Shown here piece after piece: positions 45,478-49,491 of a DNA stretch of 49,491 nucleotides (position 1 is the stretch's first letter; every line of letters begins with the position of its first letter). Position numbers and translations under genes: made by a program. This stretch comes from an uncultured Gammaproteobacteria bacterium (GTDB lineage: Bacteria; Patescibacteriota; Patescibacteriia; Magasanikbacterales; GWA2-37-8), in NCBI GenBank assembly GCA_964640515.1, contig CAZXFG010000001.1:1-49491 (forward strand), written 5' to 3'. Under the pieces are notes generated by a model, which saw nothing but the letters and a program-made list of their open reading frames with translations, was not told the DNA's origin and ran no database searches.

Positions 45478-46341
45478 TTATTTCTGACAACTATTGCAAT
45501 ACACTGTTCCCCGGCCAGCGATGCGCTGGCTTTTTAGTTGGGTGCCGCAAACCAGGCATTTTTCTTTGTCACGGCCGTAAACTTTGAGATATTTTACAAA
45601 ATTCCCTTTTCTCCCTTCGCAATCGCGGTAATCGCTAAAAGTGGTGCCATGATGTTTAACCGCCAATTTCAATATCTTTTTGGCACAACTGACTATCTGG
45701 GCATATTCATTCTTCTTCAGCGCGCCTGCCCGCCTATCCGGCCGCACCCGGGCGCAAAAACAAATCTCGGCCGCATAAATATTGCCAACGCCGGCTATTT
45801 TTTCCTGATTCAAAAGTAGAGCTTTGATATTTCCTTTTTTGCCGTTCGCTAATTCTGCCAATTTCTTGGCAGTAAATTTTTTATCCAAAGCATCAATACC
45901 GAATTTAGCCGTGACTTTTTCTTTTTCTTCTCTGCTCGCTAATTTTACATAGCCAAATCGGCGCATGTCGTTGAAATATAATTTGGTGCCATTGGAAAAA
46001 TGAAAAACCAATTGAGTGTGTTTGTCGGGTAATTTACTTATATCGGCCTCACTTTGCACATGCCCACCTGCCACCAGGCAAGATTTCATCTGATAGACCA
46101 GCTGACCAGTCATTTTTAAATGAATCAATAAAAATTTATCTTTTTTATTTAACACAAAAACCAAGAGCTTGCCATAACGCTCAATATGTTTGATGCTACT
46201 GCCTTTCAGCACACTCTCTATTTCATGCAGACCGCCTTTCACCGCGCTGGGACGCAAGATTTCCAACCGCTTAATCTTTTTGCGCACAATGCGCTTCTCC
46301 AAATCACGGCGGATTGTTTCTACTTCTGGTAATTCAGGCAT
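45478..46341 (-). CDS. mutM: Formamidopyrimidine-DNA glycosylase (Fpg/MutM)
   Basis: 287 aa. MPELPEVE N-terminus, H2TH region and C-terminal zinc finger CLVCGTQ...CNSCQ. Confidence 0.92.
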   Translation of the reverse strand: MPELPEVETIRRDLEKRIVRKKIKRLEILRPSAVKGGLHEIESVLKGSSIKHIERYGKLLVFVLNKKDKFLLIHLKMTGQLVYQMKSCLVAGGHVQSEADISKLPDKHTQLVFHFSNGTKLYFNDMRRFGYVKLASREEKEKVTAKFGIDALDKKFTAKKLAELANGKKGNIKALLLNQEKIAGVGNIYAAEICFCARVRPDRRAGALKKNEYAQIVSCAKKILKLAVKHHGTTFSDYRDCEGRKGNFVKYLKVYGRDKEKCLVCGTQLKSQRIAGRGTVYCNSCQK

Positions 46342-46379
46342 ATATTTTGTGATAGTACTATCTTAACATAAAACAGAAA

Positions 46380-46407
46380 CAAAAAAAGCCCCGACTGATT
46401 CGGAACT
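46380..46407 (-). terminator. Intrinsic terminator downstream of fusA
   Basis: The - strand RNA GUUCCGA-aucag-UCGGGGC forms 7 bp including two G-U, followed by UUUUUUUG. Confidence 0.55.
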
Positions 46408-46426
46408 TTTTTCTTTTTTTATTAAA

Positions 46427-46466
46427 GATTGCTTCGTCGTCCCTACAGGACTCCTCGCAATGACAG
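46427..46466 (+). repeat. Hairpin repeat with ATGACAG tail, abutting the fusA stop codon
   Basis: GATTGCTTCGTC-GTCC-ctaca-GGAC-TCCTCGCAATGACAG. Its reverse complement matches the first unit of the radA insertion apart from a different, still self-complementary, inner hairpin. Confidence 0.6.
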
Positions 46467-48542
46467 CTATTTCTGTTTCCCGCTGATAATCTGCAGGGCC
46501 ACATTGTTCGGCACTTCGGCATAATGGCTGAACTCCATAGTAGAACTGGCCCGGCCTTGAGACATGGAACGAAGCGAAGTGACATAACCAAACATACTGG
46601 CCAACGGCACCAGGGCTTTTACCACTTTCATCTGCGCGCGTTCAGTCATTTCTTGAATCTGCCCGCGTTTAGAGTTCAGGTCGCCAATCACATCACCCAT
46701 ATATTGTTCCGGGGTCAGCGCTTCTACTTTCATAATCGGCTCTAAAATCACCGGCTTGGCCTTGCGGCACGCTTCTTGAAAAGCTAATGAACCGGCCATT
46801 TTGAAAGCAATTTCCGAAGAATCCACCTCATGATAAGAACCATCGTAGCAGGTCACCTTTATGTCTACCACCGGATAACCGGCCTGGATACCGCGAGTAA
46901 TGGATTCCTTGACGCCCTTTTCAATAGCCGGCAAATATTCGCGCGGGATAACACCGCCTCTGACTTCATCAACAAATTCAAAACCCTTGCCTTTTTCTTG
47001 CGGCTCTACCCGTAACCAGCAATGACCGTACTGACCGCGACCGCCGGACTGCTTAATATATTTTCCTTCCGCTTCGGCTACCACGCGAATGGTTTCTTTG
47101 TAAGCGACTTGCGGATTGCCTACATTGGCTTCCACCTTAAATTCGCGCTTCATGCGATCCACAATGATATCCAAATGCAATTCGCCCATGCCGGAAATAA
47201 TAGTTTGCAAAGTCTCTTCATCGGTGTGCACTTTAAAAGTCGGATCTTCTTCAGCCAATTTCTGCATGGCCATACCGATTTTCTCTTGATCAGCTTTAGT
47301 CTTGGGTTCAATGGCCACGGAAATAACCGGTTCCGGAAAAATAATTTTTTCTAAAACAATTGGACGATTTTCATCGCAAAGCGTATCGCCGGTAATGGTT
47401 TTTTTCAAACCAATGGCCGCCGCGATTTCTCCGGCATAGACATCGGTCACATCTTCTCGGTGATTGGCATGCATGCGCACGATACGGCCCAACCGCTCTT
47501 TTTCATTGGAAGTAGAATTATACACATAACTCCCGGCGGACACATGACCGGAATAAACACGGAAGAAAATCAATTTTCCCACAAAAGGGTCGGTGGCTAA
47601 TTTGAAAGCTAAAGCTGAAAACGGCTCTTCGTCGCTGACCTTACGAGTTTCTTCAGCTTCGGTATCGGGATTAACGCCTTTTACCGGAGGCAGATCCAAC
47701 GGTGAAGGCAAATAACAAACTACGGCATCCAGCATCAACTGCACCCCGATATTGGCTAAAGCCGAACCGCAAATTACCGGATACATTTCATTTTTTAAAG
47801 CTAAGACGCGAATGCCCTTTCTTATCTCTTCAGTATTTATAACTTCGGCATTCAAATATTTATTCATTAATTCATCCCCTGATTCGGCCACTTTCTCCAA
47901 CATAATTTTGCGATATTCGCTAACCTTGGCTTTCATATCTTCTGGAATCGGGATCTCCACCATATTTTCGCCATTCTTTCCCTCAAACTTATAGGACTTT
48001 TCTTCAATCAAATCAATCACGCCGGAAAATGTTCCTTCCGCTCCGATCGGCAACTGCACGGCCACGGCATGCTTGGATAAGCGTTCTTGAATGGAAGCCA
48101 AACTCATATAAAAATCCGCTCCCATTTTATCCATTTTGTTGATAAATGGTATGCGCGGTACTTCATATTTATCGGCCTGATGCCAAACGGTTTCCGATTG
48201 CGGCTCAACACCCTGGGAGCCGTCAAACACGGCCACAGCGCCGTCTAATACGCGGAGTGAACGCTCCACTTCCACGGTAAAATCCACATGACCCGGGGTA
48301 TCAATAATATTCAGGCGATGACTTTTCCAAAAACAAGTGGTGGCGGCGGAAGTAATGGTAATACCGCGCTCTTTCTCTTGTTCCATCCAATCCATCTCTG
48401 CCGCTCCCTCATGCACTTCACCGATTTTATGTTTTTTACCGGTATAAAAAAGCACGCGTTCGGTGGTAGTCGTTTTCCCGGCATCAATATGCGCGGCAAT
48501 ACCAAAATTACGCGTTTTTTCTAGGGAATATTCACGTGGCAT
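46467..48542 (-). CDS. fusA: Elongation factor G
   Basis: 691 aa with [20 protein letters not shown] and NKMD. Confidence 0.98.
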   Translation of the reverse strand: MPREYSLEKTRNFGIAAHIDAGKTTTTERVLFYTGKKHKIGEVHEGAAEMDWMEQEKERGITITSAATTCFWKSHRLNIIDTPGHVDFTVEVERSLRVLDGAVAVFDGSQGVEPQSETVWHQADKYEVPRIPFINKMDKMGADFYMSLASIQERLSKHAVAVQLPIGAEGTFSGVIDLIEEKSYKFEGKNGENMVEIPIPEDMKAKVSEYRKIMLEKVAESGDELMNKYLNAEVINTEEIRKGIRVLALKNEMYPVICGSALANIGVQLMLDAVVCYLPSPLDLPPVKGVNPDTEAEETRKVSDEEPFSALAFKLATDPFVGKLIFFRVYSGHVSAGSYVYNSTSNEKERLGRIVRMHANHREDVTDVYAGEIAAAIGLKKTITGDTLCDENRPIVLEKIIFPEPVISVAIEPKTKADQEKIGMAMQKLAEEDPTFKVHTDEETLQTIISGMGELHLDIIVDRMKREFKVEANVGNPQVAYKETIRVVAEAEGKYIKQSGGRGQYGHCWLRVEPQEKGKGFEFVDEVRGGVIPREYLPAIEKGVKESITRGIQAGYPVVDIKVTCYDGSYHEVDSSEIAFKMAGSLAFQEACRKAKPVILEPIMKVEALTPEQYMGDVIGDLNSKRGQIQEMTERAQMKVVKALVPLASMFGYVTSLRSMSQGRASSTMEFSHYAEVPNNVALQIISGKQK

Positions 48543-48565
48543 AATTAAAATTTAAAACTAATTAA

Positions 48566-49042
48566 TTATCTCGCGAAACGAGCGAAATGGGCAAAAGCCT
48601 TATTGGCTTCAGCCATGCGATGGACATCGTCCCTTTTCTTAATGGCATCGCCCAAACCTTGAGAAGTTTCAATGAGCACCGTGGCCAATTTCTTAGCCAT
48701 GGGCTGACCCTTTTTGTTGCGAGCGGCTTCAATAATCCAGCGAAAAGCCAAAGCGTCCTGGCGTTCTCCGCGCACCGGCAGAGGCACTTGATAGTTGGCG
48801 CCGCCGACGCGCTTGGAACGCACTTCCACTTGCGGTTGAATCAAACGCACCGCTTCCTCAAATAATTTAAGCGGGTCTTTATGGCCGGCCGCGATGATAT
48901 TTTTAAAAGCTTCGTAAACAATATCCTGGGCCACTGTCTTCTTCCCCTTTTTCATGATATAATTGGTAAATTTAGCCAAAGTTACATGGCCATATTTCGG
49001 ATCCGGTTTTATGATTCGTTTTACCACTTTTTTACCGCGCAT
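48566..49042 (-). CDS. rpsG: 30S ribosomal protein S7
   Basis: 158 aa with PDPKYGH...KFTNYIMKKGKK and a FAHFRF-like tail. Confidence 0.96.
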   Translation of the reverse strand: MRGKKVVKRIIKPDPKYGHVTLAKFTNYIMKKGKKTVAQDIVYEAFKNIIAAGHKDPLKLFEEAVRLIQPQVEVRSKRVGGANYQVPLPVRGERQDALAFRWIIEAARNKKGQPMAKKLATVLIETSQGLGDAIKKRDDVHRMAEANKAFAHFARFAR

Positions 49043-49066
49043 ATTTTAAAAAAATCAAAATTTAAA

Positions 49067-49491
49067 TTACTTTTTAGCCGCTTTTGGCCTCTTGTTGCCA
49101 TACAAACTGCGGCCGCGACGACGGGCTTCCACTCCCAAAGCATCATAAACACCGCGCACAATATGATAACGCACGCCCGGCAGATCCTTTACGCGTCCGC
49201 CTCTAATCATTACGATAGAGTGCTCCTGCAGATTATGGCCTTCACCCGGGATATAAGCGATAACTTCCATGCCATTGCTTAAACGCACCTTAGCTACTTT
49301 TCGCAAAGCAGAGTTCGGTTTCTTGGGAGTGGTGGTATAGACCTTGGTACAAACACCTCGTTTAAAAGAAGAACCTTTATCAAAATATGTCTTGCGACGA
49401 TGTAAATTATCAATGGTAAATTGCAGAGCCGGAACCTTGCTTTTTTTGATTTTATCTTGACGACCCTTGCGCGCCACTTGATTGAGTGTAG
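49067..49491 (-). CDS. rpsL: 30S ribosomal protein S12, 5' end cut by the window edge
   Basis: The frame stays open to the edge (..[13 protein letters not shown]..). The track start at 49477 is an internal GTG. Core [19 protein letters not shown]. Confidence 0.93.
   Translation of the reverse strand, partial: TLNQVARKGRQDKIKKSKVPALQFTIDNLHRRKTYFDKGSSFKRGVCTKVYTTTPKKPNSALRKVAKVRLSNGMEVIAYIPGEGHNLQEHSIVMIRGGRVKDLPGVRYHIVRGVYDALGVEARRRGRSLYGNKRPKAAKK

Noticed and set aside
46358-46591. 77-aa ORF on the - strand (…CHCEESCRDDEAIFNKK…)
   Set aside because: Its 5' part overlaps the fusA 3' end out of frame. Its 3' part is a read-through of the hairpin repeat and terminator; the same repeat gives HCEE...DEAI in radA.

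Overview
AT-rich, tightly packed core-genome window. No tools or database searches were used; all identifications rest on motifs read from the translations. Gene content suggests a streamlined Patescibacteria/CPR-type bacterium (inference): S5 is followed directly by L15 with no L30, there is a VirB2/T4SS-pilin-like membrane anchor, and several r-proteins carry extensions. The + strand block runs clpC, an acidic low-complexity membrane protein, a PD40 propeller, a DsbA-like protein, a pilin-like/C39 peptidase and radA. After that come recG, tRNA-Arg, tRNA-Val, an LCP protein, der, pth, dprA, folC, topA, an RSH enzyme, parAB, tRNA-Leu, a metallophosphoesterase, asnS, recO, ruvX, map and adk. 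The right part (- strand) holds rpsL-rpsG-fusA, then mutM, an NT5C3-like nucleotidase (+) and an acidic protein, then tuf-rpsJ and rplC through secY. I saw no CRISPR array, IS element, integrase or recognisable defence genes. The unusual content is mostly non-coding. (1) A ~120-nt element occurs twice (26661..26786 and 31751..31870) with three 100% identical junction blocks and fully compensated stem changes. (2) A GC3-rich, highly structured orphan transcript or 44-codon mini-ORF lies between secY and adk on the opposite strand, with a perfect sigma70-type promoter and a strong terminator. (3) A promoter, ~230-nt structured RNA and terminator cassette splits rpsJ from rplC. (4) A hairpin repeat family with an ATGACAG tail has one copy inserted in frame inside radA. 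L29 is also missing from its canonical slot between rplP and rpsQ.
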